Of a DNA stretch of 64,000 nt, positions 17,889 to 27,618 are shown piece after piece. The notes below the pieces were generated by a model, which saw only the letters and a program-made list of their open reading frames with translations, made no database searches and was not told where the DNA came from. This DNA is from a virus, in IMG/VR virus record IMGVR_UViG_3300028827_000102, positions 44,581 to 108,580 of that record. The stretch is one strand, 5' to 3'. The position numbers and the translations under genes are program-made. The first letter of the stretch is position 1; each line of letters begins with the position of its first letter.

Positions 17889-18291
17889 TGATATTAAGGT
17901 TTCCTATATTAGCTGGAAGATCAAACAATAAATCGAATCCTTCCAATTGCCTGCTAGATTTAGACGGTATCTTAGTCTTGGCTACATAAGGCGTACCTAG
18001 AACACCATCATCTACGGTGTATATACATTTTATCGCTACATTTAATGATGATGTAGTTGGGTTATGTATTACTACCGTTGTTCCCGCCCAATAACTGCAT
18101 AGATTATTGGTACACCCTCTATCTCTAAGTGTCATGTCTTTTACTACCATATAAGGCTTATTGACATCAGGTTTACCTGTATAGGATGTAGGAGCCCGCG
18201 CGACAGTATCACACGAAGCTAAAGAACAACCATTGTCCCCACAAGAAATGGCAAATAGCAGACTTACTACCACAAACACAATTTTTCTCAT
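17824..18291 (-). CDS. Lipoprotein
   Basis: SD GAGGT; MRK, hydrophobic stretch, lipobox AISC; beta-rich mature part. Confidence 0.7.
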   Translation of the reverse strand: MRKIVFVVVSLLFAISCGDNGCSLASCDTVARAPTSYTGKPDVNKPYMVVKDMTLRDRGCTNNLCSYWAGTTVVIHNPTTSSLNVAIKCIYTVDDGVLGTPYVAKTKIPSKSSRQLEGFDLLFDLPANIGNLNISVECTIDFGKDFGIAVERLSK

Positions 18292-18298
18292 TTTTACC

Positions 18299-18964
18299 TC
18301 ACTTTGATACCCTTGGCAACATCATTTCGGGTACCCATTGACGTTTCTTTGCCTCCATATCTAAAATCGGATCGTAGTTACCTGACAAATTTTGATATAA
18401 TTCAGATTTGCTTGTAAGCATAAAACTTATTTGAGCTATTCTTGCTCCTACCAACAATACAACTACATGATATTTACTAGTATTTGTTATCTCCATGGTC
18501 CATCTGTTGCAATATCCATGATCTCCCCAACCACCGGAACCACACACATCCAAAAAATTACGTACAGTGGTAGACCTACTATGCATTTCTGGAATAATGG
18601 TATTACAAGCAGATCCGATGAATTCTTCGGTATGGGCAAGAATCATAGATCTAGGAGGAATAAAAATAACTTTATCTTCACCATCTAATCCATCTAAATA
18701 TCTTTCATCAACTGTTGATAAAGATATTAGATCTTTTACTTTTGCTGCTTTTCCTTTGCGCCATACACTACCAATCGATTTAGCACTGTAAGGATTGTAT
18801 ATGTTCATCATCTTAGAATCTTTATCGGGTATTTGTTCATACCAAAAATGTTCTCCCAGGCGCACATCATAGCTAGCGCTGGTGACACAACTTTGGTCAT
18901 AAGGTTCTATTATAATCATACCCGCTTTATATGCTTCTATGATCTGATCATGTACTAATAGCAT
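18299..18964 (-). CDS. dcd: dCTP deaminase
   Basis: SASYDVRLG, LAHTEE, SRSTTVR, GDHGY, TMEITN, GARIAQISF. Confidence 0.92.
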   Translation of the reverse strand: MLLVHDQIIEAYKAGMIIIEPYDQSCVTSASYDVRLGEHFWYEQIPDKDSKMMNIYNPYSAKSIGSVWRKGKAAKVKDLISLSTVDERYLDGLDGEDKVIFIPPRSMILAHTEEFIGSACNTIIPEMHSRSTTVRNFLDVCGSGGWGDHGYCNRWTMEITNTSKYHVVVLLVGARIAQISFMLTSKSELYQNLSGNYDPILDMEAKKRQWVPEMMLPRVSK

Positions 18965-21134
18965 AATATACTTTTACTTCCTTTCTTTTTATTGCTGAGA
19001 TTGTATCTGATAAGCTTAATACTTTTCTTTTTCCATCTAAAAATACCACAAAATTCTTATTTCCTGCGACTGACAAATTCTTTCTTGTGGTTATTGATAA
19101 CTGTTCGACCCTTCTACCATTATCGGATAATAACACATTTCCAGGAGAAAGTACAAGCACTTTCTTTACATCGGATCTACCGATCCTTTTAGGAAGAACA
19201 TTTGGTCTCGTTACTTTTAGATTAGAGACTTCCGTTTTTATTATTCTTCCATTCTTACATATTATTAATATAGTGTCTTCATCGTTTACACCCACAGCAA
19301 ACAAAGGATTATCGTCTTTTTTGAACGCCTTAAATATTTTTCGTCGTTGGTCTGAAGGAAACAAAACATAATTGCGCGTTGACAACACTAAGCAATATTT
19401 TTTTGTACTAATACCAACTATTGATCCAGGTTGCTTTTCATATCTGTCAGCATATGATGTGTCTAAAACAGACACTATATTAGTGTCGTACACAACAACG
19501 GCTCTTTCACTTGCCTTCTCAAAAGATGTATAAGACCATGCTGCTTTTGTGTTTGTAGGTATTTCTTTAAAAACAGATACTGTTTCTTGTCCTGCTCCCA
19601 CCCAATACTGTATGTTTTCTATGGTAGAAATAGACACAGGTTTAACGCATAGCTTGGTGCCGCGTTTCTTTCCTAAAGGTTTTATCTCAAGTAAGTGTCT
19701 CTTGATGACATCATCAATATTAGCCAAATCTTCACGCAAAGCATTGATTTTTTGCTTTGTTTTCTTTATTTCACTTACTATTTTATCTATATCTGAACGC
19801 AGTAATGTAGAAATATTTGCATTTAGTATTATATCGGCCTGTTGTTTTGTTACACCAAGGTTTGTACATAACGACTCAATTGCATCTGTTTTGCCCTCGG
19901 CTGTCTGTAATATTTTCACCACTTCTTTAGCATGTTTAGCTGCTTTGTATTTAGCTATCTGTGTTGCTAGTAATTTACGTTGCGCCAAGATAGACCGTGT
20001 GAGTCTGCCAGACTCAATCTCACGCCTAAATACAATAAATTCTACAAGAAGGGAACGTAAATTATATTTTTTTGGTTTACCGTTTATATCTAAACAATAC
20101 CATTTGTACGAAATTTTACTGTCCAGAAGAGGAAGTATCCTGTCTTTTACCGCTCTACCATCAGAAAATTTTATTGTAAATCTTTGTCCGTTTTCTAACG
20201 TGGTTTCGTCAGTAATCGGACTATCTATTAATCCAGCCTTGAAGCAGCTTATTGATGTGTCTAACAACTTAGATCTGCGTCCACGCATTTCTGGCGCAAA
20301 AGCGGTTATCACCAATAGTTGCTCATCGTCATTAGTTTCTATATGATACTCAGACGAATAATGTAACGATCCCTCTCCTGTTTCATATAAACGTAACAGA
20401 TCCCCTTCAGACGACAACAATACGCCAGAACCGTAATCTGGTCCTTTTATAAATTTCAACAGATCTTTAGTAGTAGCATCGGGATTATCTATAAGATGAC
20501 AACAAGCATCTATAACTTCATGTAAATTATGTGGAGGTATGTTAGTAGATAAACCTACAGCTATACCGTCTGTCCCCTTTATAAGGGATAAAGGTATTCT
20601 GACAGGAAGGATAACGGGTTCATCTAACGTAGCGTCGTAGTTTTTTGTCTTCTGTACTATATCTATATCAATAAACAACGACTCTGCTAATTTTGATAAT
20701 CTGCATTCAGTGTATCTGCTACTAGCCGCCGGTCTCTTTTGATAAGACGAAAAATCTCCAAAATTGCCGTCTGGTATTATAAGCCGGTCTTTGTCATGAG
20801 CCAGTAACACCAAAGCTTGATACACTGCTGCATCGCCGTGTGGATGATATTTACCTATCGTTTCTCCTACTATTCTTCCACTTTTTACAGGAGGCCGGGA
20901 AGACAGAGCATTTAGATTATACATAGCCCATAAAATACGTCGCACGCTGGGCTTTAATCCATCTCTGGCATCTGGAAGGGCTCTGTTTTCTATAGCATAT
21001 TTACCATATTCTACAATACAGTCTTTTACTATTTCTTGAGTAGATTTAAACGTTACATTTCCATCCTTTCCAGCTGTTTTAGTTTTTCGTCCAAGTCTGC
21101 CAGTTGGCGTTCTATTTCTTTTTTTGGTACCCAT
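18948..21134 (-). CDS. gyrA: Type IIA topoisomerase subunit A (GyrA/ParC-like; no GyrA box seen)
   Basis: RALPDARDGLKP, GKYHPHGD, GNFG, catalytic SRYTE, GIAVG.STNIPPHN, GPDY; degenerate pinwheel CTD. Confidence 0.95.
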   Translation of the reverse strand: MGTKKRNRTPTGRLGRKTKTAGKDGNVTFKSTQEIVKDCIVEYGKYAIENRALPDARDGLKPSVRRILWAMYNLNALSSRPPVKSGRIVGETIGKYHPHGDAAVYQALVLLAHDKDRLIIPDGNFGDFSSYQKRPAASSRYTECRLSKLAESLFIDIDIVQKTKNYDATLDEPVILPVRIPLSLIKGTDGIAVGLSTNIPPHNLHEVIDACCHLIDNPDATTKDLLKFIKGPDYGSGVLLSSEGDLLRLYETGEGSLHYSSEYHIETNDDEQLLVITAFAPEMRGRRSKLLDTSISCFKAGLIDSPITDETTLENGQRFTIKFSDGRAVKDRILPLLDSKISYKWYCLDINGKPKKYNLRSLLVEFIVFRREIESGRLTRSILAQRKLLATQIAKYKAAKHAKEVVKILQTAEGKTDAIESLCTNLGVTKQQADIILNANISTLLRSDIDKIVSEIKKTKQKINALREDLANIDDVIKRHLLEIKPLGKKRGTKLCVKPVSISTIENIQYWVGAGQETVSVFKEIPTNTKAAWSYTSFEKASERAVVVYDTNIVSVLDTSYADRYEKQPGSIVGISTKKYCLVLSTRNYVLFPSDQRRKIFKAFKKDDNPLFAVGVNDEDTILIICKNGRIIKTEVSNLKVTRPNVLPKRIGRSDVKKVLVLSPGNVLLSDNGRRVEQLSITTRKNLSVAGNKNFVVFLDGKRKVLSLSDTISAIKRKEVKVYYAIST

Positions 21135-21295
21135 TTGCGCTTTATTGGACCACTACCTTTTACTATATGTTTTACTCTTGCGTTCAATCGTTCTTTTATC
21201 TTTTTTTCGTTTTCCTCTAACTTTTTCAACTCTTTCTCTGTAAAATACACGCTGTCAATATCAGGAAAGACAAAATCATCTGGATTTACAGACAC
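21053..21295 (-). CDS. Small coiled-coil hypothetical protein
   Basis: GTG start with SD GAGG; overlaps the gyrA 5' end by 82 nt. Confidence 0.6.
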   Translation of the reverse strand: MSVNPDDFVFPDIDSVYFTEKELKKLEENEKKIKERLNARVKHIVKGSGPIKRKWVPKKEIERQLADLDEKLKQLERMEM

Positions 21296-21534
21296 CGGTA
21301 CCTCTCTCCTGCAGCCTGAAGAGCTGCGTTCTCTTTTAAACGTATATCGTCAAGCTGCCTATTATAGGCAGAATCCATACGTACAGGATAAGCCCAACGT
21401 CCCTTTTTTATATGCTCGTCAAAAGCTTTGTCGTATTTAGCACGATAGTACCTATACCATTTATCTATCTTTTGTTGTTCTTCTTGTGTGAATATAGGCA
21501 AATCCGCCATCATTTCTGGAGCCAATTTAAGCAT
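21286..21534 (-). CDS. Small hypothetical protein
   Basis: SD AGAGGTG before the ATG. Confidence 0.65.
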   Translation of the reverse strand: MLKLAPEMMADLPIFTQEEQQKIDKWYRYYRAKYDKAFDEHIKKGRWAYPVRMDSAYNRQLDDIRLKENAALQAAGERYRCL

Positions 21535-21566
21535 ATTATCACCTCTTGTATCAGTTGTATCGACAT

Positions 21567-23396
21567 TTATACATTAAGCAATAACTTACGTACACCAACA
21601 TCATCTCCCATGTACGAAATAACCGCATCTTGCGTGCGATCATCCCAAACTACATCCAACACTTTTCTGGTTTTACTATTCATAGCATAGTCCTGCAATT
21701 CCTGTGGATTCGACTCACCCAAACCTTTAAATCTGCGTATCACCACCTTTTCTTTTGGAAGAAATGCTTTGTTCACTTCTTCTATAGAGTCTCCGTAAAC
21801 ACGTTTTTTACCAGAGACACCCATAAACAATGGATTTTGTATCACTGCCACTTTTCCGGCTTTTATTATATCCGGAACATAAACGACAAACAAGGATAAA
21901 AGCAGCGCTACTATATGTCTTCCGTCTGGATCAGCGTCAGCAAGCAAGTATATCTTACTATACCTGCACTTGTCAAGAGAAAACGAGCGACCTACACCAG
22001 TACCTATCGCAGTAAACAAATCACGTACCACCTCATTTTTTGTTACAATATCCATATTTGAACTACGTGCCGCATTAGGTAATTTTCCTCTTAATGGATA
22101 CACTTCCTGAAAATGTACCATTCTGTTGTTAACTTTTCTCATCAACCTAGCTTTAGTGACTATACCTTCAGCACTATCACCTTCACAAATAAACAGTTCT
22201 CTAAATTTATCTGGACAATCAGGTGCTTCAATCAATTTGCCAGGTAATATACCAGATGCACCCTTTTTTACTTTTACACTTTTTATTGCTGTACGTTCTG
22301 CCAAATATTTCTTTTTTGCTGATGCTACACTTTTCGCTATGGCTACGATTGATTCCAGATACTGTTTATTTTTTACCCAATATTTTACTAGAAAATCATT
22401 GGCCTGTTGGTAAATACTATCATAGATATCTTTGTTCTCAAGCCTTGTCTTGGTTTGCCCTCTAAATTGTGGGTTTGTTACTCTTGCGTGTATGACAGCT
22501 ATTATACCTGTACGTATATAATTTCCTTTTATTTTTGTACCAGCAACAGTATTTATACTGTCTTGAATTGCTTTTTTAAGGCCAGATACATGAGTACCAT
22601 GATCTGGTGTATTTACAACATTAACAAAACTATTCCAATCTTCTCCCTCCCCAATAGTCCAGGCAAACACAGCCTCAAAATCATTAGATTTTATCTCTAT
22701 ATATTTATCATTTACTACATCTACTTTTGGTAAAATATCACACAAGCTATTTTCAGAAAATGATTCGTGTTTATCATCTACTAATAAGTCTATTCTTAAT
22801 CCTGGACATAGACAAGAAATAGTATACAACCAATCTCTTATTCTGTTTATATCCCAACGGGCATCTCCGAATACATCAACATCAGGAACAAATCTAACCA
22901 ATGTACCCTTTCGTAGTTTTTTCTTACTGTGATGTATTTTTCTGTGTACTTTACCCCGTACAAAAGATATATGCCACGTAGCAGATCTTCTATTTGTCCA
23001 AACATCAAAACTGGACGATAACGCATTTACAGCCTTCACACCTATACCATGTAAACCTACAATAGCCCCCGTATATGCACCTTTGCCAAATTTGCCGCCA
23101 GCATGAAGTCTAGAAAACACTGCCTCTAATGTTGACACACCTGCTTTTGGATGTTTAGATATAGGTATTCCACGTCCGTTGTCGTATATTTCTGCAGTAT
23201 TGCTTCTTGTATCTATTTTTATTTTTATTTTCGTTACATATTTATCAAGATATTCATCGATGGCATTATCAACCACTTCCCGTAAAAGATGGTGCATACC
23301 ATCAATATCGGTGCTACCGATATACATATGCGGTCTTTTGCGTATATGCTCAAGACCCTCCAGTATTTGTATATCTTTTGACGAGTAACTCATCAC
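21567..23396 (-). CDS. gyrB: Type IIA topoisomerase subunit B (GyrB/ParE-like)
   Basis: LEGLEHIRKRPHMYIG, EVVDNAIDE, DNGRGIP, LHAGGKF, EGDSA, PLRGK, DADPDG, RFKGLGE. Confidence 0.96.
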   Translation of the reverse strand: MMSYSSKDIQILEGLEHIRKRPHMYIGSTDIDGMHHLLREVVDNAIDEYLDKYVTKIKIKIDTRSNTAEIYDNGRGIPISKHPKAGVSTLEAVFSRLHAGGKFGKGAYTGAIVGLHGIGVKAVNALSSSFDVWTNRRSATWHISFVRGKVHRKIHHSKKKLRKGTLVRFVPDVDVFGDARWDINRIRDWLYTISCLCPGLRIDLLVDDKHESFSENSLCDILPKVDVVNDKYIEIKSNDFEAVFAWTIGEGEDWNSFVNVVNTPDHGTHVSGLKKAIQDSINTVAGTKIKGNYIRTGIIAVIHARVTNPQFRGQTKTRLENKDIYDSIYQQANDFLVKYWVKNKQYLESIVAIAKSVASAKKKYLAERTAIKSVKVKKGASGILPGKLIEAPDCPDKFRELFICEGDSAEGIVTKARLMRKVNNRMVHFQEVYPLRGKLPNAARSSNMDIVTKNEVVRDLFTAIGTGVGRSFSLDKCRYSKIYLLADADPDGRHIVALLLSLFVVYVPDIIKAGKVAVIQNPLFMGVSGKKRVYGDSIEEVNKAFLPKEKVVIRRFKGLGESNPQELQDYAMNSKTRKVLDVVWDDRTQDAVISYMGDDVGVRKLLLNV

Positions 23397-23584
23397 ACTC
23401 TCGTAAAAGAGCCTAAAATATACACCATGAACAAAGATGTGATGACAATCAAGAGCACTGAGAACATGGTTTCTTTTACTGCATTATCCATCTCCCTGCA
23501 TCTTTCAAGTCCCTTTTTAATTGCCATATTAGCTTTTCTATCTTCCCTTCTACTATTTTTATCCGGACATCCTTGCTTCCGCAT
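23393..23584 (-). CDS. Small membrane protein overlapping the polymerase 3' end
   Basis: SD AGAGGTG; C-terminal TM; stop coupled to the gyrB start. Confidence 0.5.
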   Translation of the reverse strand: MRKQGCPDKNSRREDRKANMAIKKGLERCREMDNAVKETMFSVLLIVITSLFMVYILGSFTRV

Positions 23585-26367
23585 GATTCACACCTCTTGT
23601 TATTTGGTTTTTCGCTTTCTGTCCGTGTAGAAGAACACTCATTACATTCTACTTTCCACGTCTCTTCGTGTTCTACTACGTCATATTGGTCGCCCCAATT
23701 TACACCAACAGAAAAATCTGCAGCAAAAGGCACCTTTGGTTTTATTCCAAACGGTTTGAACAGTTTTGGTGACTCCATTATTCTCCTAGCTATATTGATA
23801 CATTCTTTTGTATCCTCATATGGGACCTCAATCATGATAGAATCATATACAGTATTTATTAACTTCCATTTTTTATCTTTTGCTCTACAATATTCTATAA
23901 TTTTTGCGCACGCTAACAAATTTGTATCAGAAGCCACACCCTGAATGGGGGCATTTCTACAAACACGCGATTCGTAATTATAATGAGAACGTAGGCTTTT
24001 ATATATATTGTCAGTGTTATCCCCAACAAGCAGCCATGAACTGATAATCTTTCTTCTTCCGGTTGGACTTATCACCCTTCCTGTAACAAAGCCAGTTTCT
24101 TCGATATAATTTAGCCACTGTTCTGCTTTAGGGAAACGATCAAAAAATTTACGGATAAATTTCTCTGCCTCAGCGGGTTTTACATTCAACCGAGCGGCCA
24201 GACCGATGGTGCTCATTCCATACACCAGACCAAAGACAATGGCTTTTGCGGCTTGTCTTTGCTCTGAAGTAACATCTACTATTTCCACACCATTCATCAT
24301 AGAAGCAGTGTGCCTATGGAAATCCCCTTCGTATTTCAGCTTATAAGCATTTTCTTTGGATGGGTTTTTAGAATAGTTCACTCTAGCTTTATAAGTCAGA
24401 TTAAATGCTTTGATAAGATTTGGATCACCAGTGATTTCTGCCAGCCAGCGCACTTCTGCCTGACTGTAGTCAGCAACTACCAATACATTACCAGGGTCAC
24501 AGATAAACAACCGTTTTATCGCTTTTGCAGCTTCAGTCTTTTGTCTAGATGGTATATTTAACATGTTAGGATCACTGGATGACAATCTTCCAGTAATAGT
24601 ACCAGTAGGATTAAACGACGGTCTGACCCTTCCATCTTGCATGTCAGGATGCTCATGTATAAATTTATATACAGGTTTTATATACGTACTATGTATTTTC
24701 GTAAGTTTTGACCATTCATCAAACAGCATCACTTCTTGTACATGAGAATACCTAGACTTAAATGCCGAGTCTACTGAAGGCTTGCCGGTCTTTTTGCTTG
24801 TATTAACCGGATCCAAACCGAGAACATCGAAAAACAAAGTTGCTTTACTGTCAGGTTTGTTTATATGGAACAATTTTGGTTTGCTGGCAGACGCAAACAA
24901 ACTATTGGTGGGTATACCAGCTTTTTTCAAAAGAATATCATTTGCTTTTATTACAGAAGGCAAAGAATAAAATTCATCTTCCACTTCTTTCATTCTATTG
25001 GTTATGGGACTAGTGTCTCCCATTAAATGACGTATCTGGTCTACATCTACACGTAATCCGTTTACCTCCATAGTAGATAAAACATCTGTTATAGGTCCAT
25101 GGAGATATAAACCAACAGAACTTAGCTTATTGTAATCTTCAAGAGAGGCCCAGATTTTTTGAAATTCATATAGTCTATATGTAACATAACAATCTACAGC
25201 ATTGTAACGTGCCAATTCATGCAAAGGTACGTCTCTTAAACTCCCCTCACTTCTCGCCTCCAATGTATCACCCATCTGCTCGTAACCATAAAAACCAAGA
25301 TATTCTTTTACAAGTGTTTTCAAACCATAAGCCTCAGATACAATTCCCTTTCTTTCTTCATTTAAAGCATGGGCTCTAAGCATTGTATCTTCTGTAGGCA
25401 TACAGATAGGTACACCAAGTTGTGTGTACGTTATCATTCGCTCGAACTTTAAATTATGAGCAACCAAGGCTTTGAATGATGGGTTTTTTAAAGAAAAGAA
25501 TTTTTTAAGAAGACGTACTACTTCTTTTTTCTCTTTTCCTACCCAAGGTGTTTCATGATGTTCTAACGGAATCACATAACCTATATCACTACACCACGAA
25601 AAGCCTAAACACAGAATAGAATTATGTACTCTACCAAGGCCGTCTGTTTCATAGTCAAACGCAACTATATCATTCTTTGTTAAACCATTTACCATCTTAC
25701 CCAAAAGCTTTCTAAGCTTTGGTATGGTGTCTATCATTACCGCATCTTTGCCTAATTTACTATAATCCGGTAAAGCACCTGTAGCCCTACGTACAGTACG
25801 CAAAATATCGTCTTTCCAAACAGAGGCGACCGTCGGTTTTCTGTGTACATAAGAAAAATGCCATGTTATTGTGGCGGGGATACCAAAAACAGTATAATCT
25901 TTGCCTCTAAGAAAATCTATGGGAGCATTGGAATCAATGTCCGAACCGTCTATATTTTTTGCCAGAGACTTGGCAGGGGTGCTTCCTAACAATACGATTC
26001 TTTTAGGCTTGAGCTTTTTTATATCTCTGGTCAGGTTCTGCCGACATGCAGATATTTCTTCGTTTGTCGGTTTTCTGTCTCTGTGAATATCATTCTTTCT
26101 GGTTGCTCTACATCTTATAGTGTTTCCGATAGCATAGCCTATATTAGGAGCGTACTTTTTTATTAGTCTGCGCAAAATCATGCCGGTCATCCCTACACAA
26201 GGACGACCAGAAACATTTTCTTGCTGTCCTGGGCCTTCAGCAATAAACATTACATCTATTTTTCCGTCTTTATTGGGCTTGTATTCAGTAGAAACTTGCC
26301 GAAGGACGGCTTTGTGTTGATACAAAGGACAGTCGCAGTTTTTTGCCAGAGATGTTAGTTTTGCCAT
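23476..26367 (-). CDS. polA: Family A DNA polymerase with N-terminal UDG family 4-like domain, 3'-5' exonuclease and C-terminal Zn ribbon
   Basis: AEGPG..E...GRP.VG; FDYET, HNLKFE, YNAVD; TGRLSS.DPN..NIP; DYSQAEVR; RQAAKAIVFGLVYG; NAPIQG; VYDS; CNEC..CESC. Confidence 0.95.
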   Translation of the reverse strand: MAKLTSLAKNCDCPLYQHKAVLRQVSTEYKPNKDGKIDVMFIAEGPGQQENVSGRPCVGMTGMILRRLIKKYAPNIGYAIGNTIRCRATRKNDIHRDRKPTNEEISACRQNLTRDIKKLKPKRIVLLGSTPAKSLAKNIDGSDIDSNAPIDFLRGKDYTVFGIPATITWHFSYVHRKPTVASVWKDDILRTVRRATGALPDYSKLGKDAVMIDTIPKLRKLLGKMVNGLTKNDIVAFDYETDGLGRVHNSILCLGFSWCSDIGYVIPLEHHETPWVGKEKKEVVRLLKKFFSLKNPSFKALVAHNLKFERMITYTQLGVPICMPTEDTMLRAHALNEERKGIVSEAYGLKTLVKEYLGFYGYEQMGDTLEARSEGSLRDVPLHELARYNAVDCYVTYRLYEFQKIWASLEDYNKLSSVGLYLHGPITDVLSTMEVNGLRVDVDQIRHLMGDTSPITNRMKEVEDEFYSLPSVIKANDILLKKAGIPTNSLFASASKPKLFHINKPDSKATLFFDVLGLDPVNTSKKTGKPSVDSAFKSRYSHVQEVMLFDEWSKLTKIHSTYIKPVYKFIHEHPDMQDGRVRPSFNPTGTITGRLSSSDPNMLNIPSRQKTEAAKAIKRLFICDPGNVLVVADYSQAEVRWLAEITGDPNLIKAFNLTYKARVNYSKNPSKENAYKLKYEGDFHRHTASMMNGVEIVDVTSEQRQAAKAIVFGLVYGMSTIGLAARLNVKPAEAEKFIRKFFDRFPKAEQWLNYIEETGFVTGRVISPTGRRKIISSWLLVGDNTDNIYKSLRSHYNYESRVCRNAPIQGVASDTNLLACAKIIEYCRAKDKKWKLINTVYDSIMIEVPYEDTKECINIARRIMESPKLFKPFGIKPKVPFAADFSVGVNWGDQYDVVEHEETWKVECNECSSTRTESEKPNNKRCESCGSKDVRIKIVEGKIEKLIWQLKRDLKDAGRWIMQ

Positions 26368-26681
26368 TATTTTTTACTAAGCTGTAAAGCTTGTCCTATT
26401 GATATACCCGTTTTTGTATATTTATTTAGTATACCTGGAGATATGTTTTCCAGAGATGATACATTTCTCGCCAAAAGGGACGTAACTGGACCGGTACAGC
26501 CAAATACAGATAAAAAAGAAGAGAGGGGCAAAAATCCTTGTGCATCTGTTTTTATAGCTAAAACAATTCCGGTGTTTGTCACCTTTGGCCAAAGAATATA
26601 GCTGGCACCAGCTCGCTCGATTTTTTCGCATTCAGCTGGTTGGCGAGGTAGTTTTAAACTTCTTCCTCTACAACAACCCAT
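26367..26681 (-). CDS. Hypothetical protein, first gene of the polymerase operon
   Basis: TAATG coupling to pol; no SD; promoter immediately upstream. Confidence 0.6.
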   Translation of the reverse strand: MGCCRGRSLKLPRQPAECEKIERAGASYILWPKVTNTGIVLAIKTDAQGFLPLSSFLSVFGCTGPVTSLLARNVSSLENISPGILNKYTKTGISIGQALQLSKK

Positions 26682-26689
26682 AACTTATG

Positions 26690-26717
26690 ATACTACCAGA
26701 TAATAATGAGATGTCAA
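26690..26717 (-). promoter_or_regulatory. Host sigma-70-type promoter
   Basis: TTGACA-16 nt-TAGTAT with extended TG; the -10 ends 8 nt before ATG 26681. Confidence 0.65.
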
Positions 26718-26724
26718 GGAGTAA

Positions 26725-27165
26725 TCAGATGGAAGGTATACGCTGCCACGGAAAAATGCAATAATAATTGTCAAACCTTCGTTCTTTTACCGGATTGTCG
26801 CGTGTGACAGTATATGACTTATAGTCACCTAAACCAAATCGAGCGATTACCATTTTTTCTGCTTTAGCAGTATCAAAAGGTTTGCATGAGAAAATATCCA
26901 TCATTAACAGTTTACGCAACGGCCAACAGTGCGCTGATATATGACTTGTAGTTATTGGTGCTATTATACTTATACCACCCTCGTCATTGTATGTATCAAT
27001 TTCGCTCTGATCATACGGTACAGTTTGTATGATAGGTTTACATAGATATTTCATACCTAAAGTAGTAACCAGATCGTCTATAATAGACAACAAACTCTCT
27101 TCTACAAACACTTGATCTGACTTTACATAACCATCAATCATTAAATGTGTTCCTAGAGTTTTCAT
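26725..27165 (-). CDS. speD: S-adenosylmethionine decarboxylase-family proenzyme (atypical TSH cleavage site)
   Basis: GTHLMIDG, GGIS...ITTSHISAHCWP, DIFSCKPF. Confidence 0.85.
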   Translation of the reverse strand: MKTLGTHLMIDGYVKSDQVFVEESLLSIIDDLVTTLGMKYLCKPIIQTVPYDQSEIDTYNDEGGISIIAPITTSHISAHCWPLRKLLMMDIFSCKPFDTAKAEKMVIARFGLGDYKSYTVTRDNPVKERRFDNYYCIFPWQRIPSI

Positions 27166-27166
27166 T

Positions 27167-27616
27167 TTAATAATCCTCTATCGGCCACTCACTAGTGCCT
27201 CCATGTACTACTATGATCGCATTTAATGCGTACCTTCCTGACGTCTTATGTTTATTTATCAAATGCCTTTTTATCGGAGTTGGGCATACCCACGGATGCC
27301 CAGGTTTGTCTGGTAACATCATTAGTACATTATTTCTTCTCACAATAGTAAACGAACCTGGAAACAAAAACAATATTTCTTGTCTTCCATTTTTATATGG
27401 TAAAGGTTTTAACGGATTAAGTACAAATACACCACGTTCAGTTCCATGACCCACTTCCTTTAGAATATCACAATACCACCATTCATTGTGTTTTGGTTGT
27501 ACTTCTATCCCTTTAGGAAGTACACCAAGTTTTCCCAGTGTTCTACTAATAAGTTTATTTGAACTTGTCTCTTTATAGTTACGAATGAATTTTACCAGAG
27601 TTATCATTTTTATCAA
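27167..27616 (-). CDS. Hypothetical protein
   Basis: 149 aa ORF within the operon. Confidence 0.55.
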   Translation of the reverse strand: MIKMITLVKFIRNYKETSSNKLISRTLGKLGVLPKGIEVQPKHNEWWYCDILKEVGHGTERGVFVLNPLKPLPYKNGRQEILFLFPGSFTIVRRNNVLMMLPDKPGHPWVCPTPIKRHLINKHKTSGRYALNAIIVVHGGTSEWPIEDY

Positions 27617-27618
27617 AA

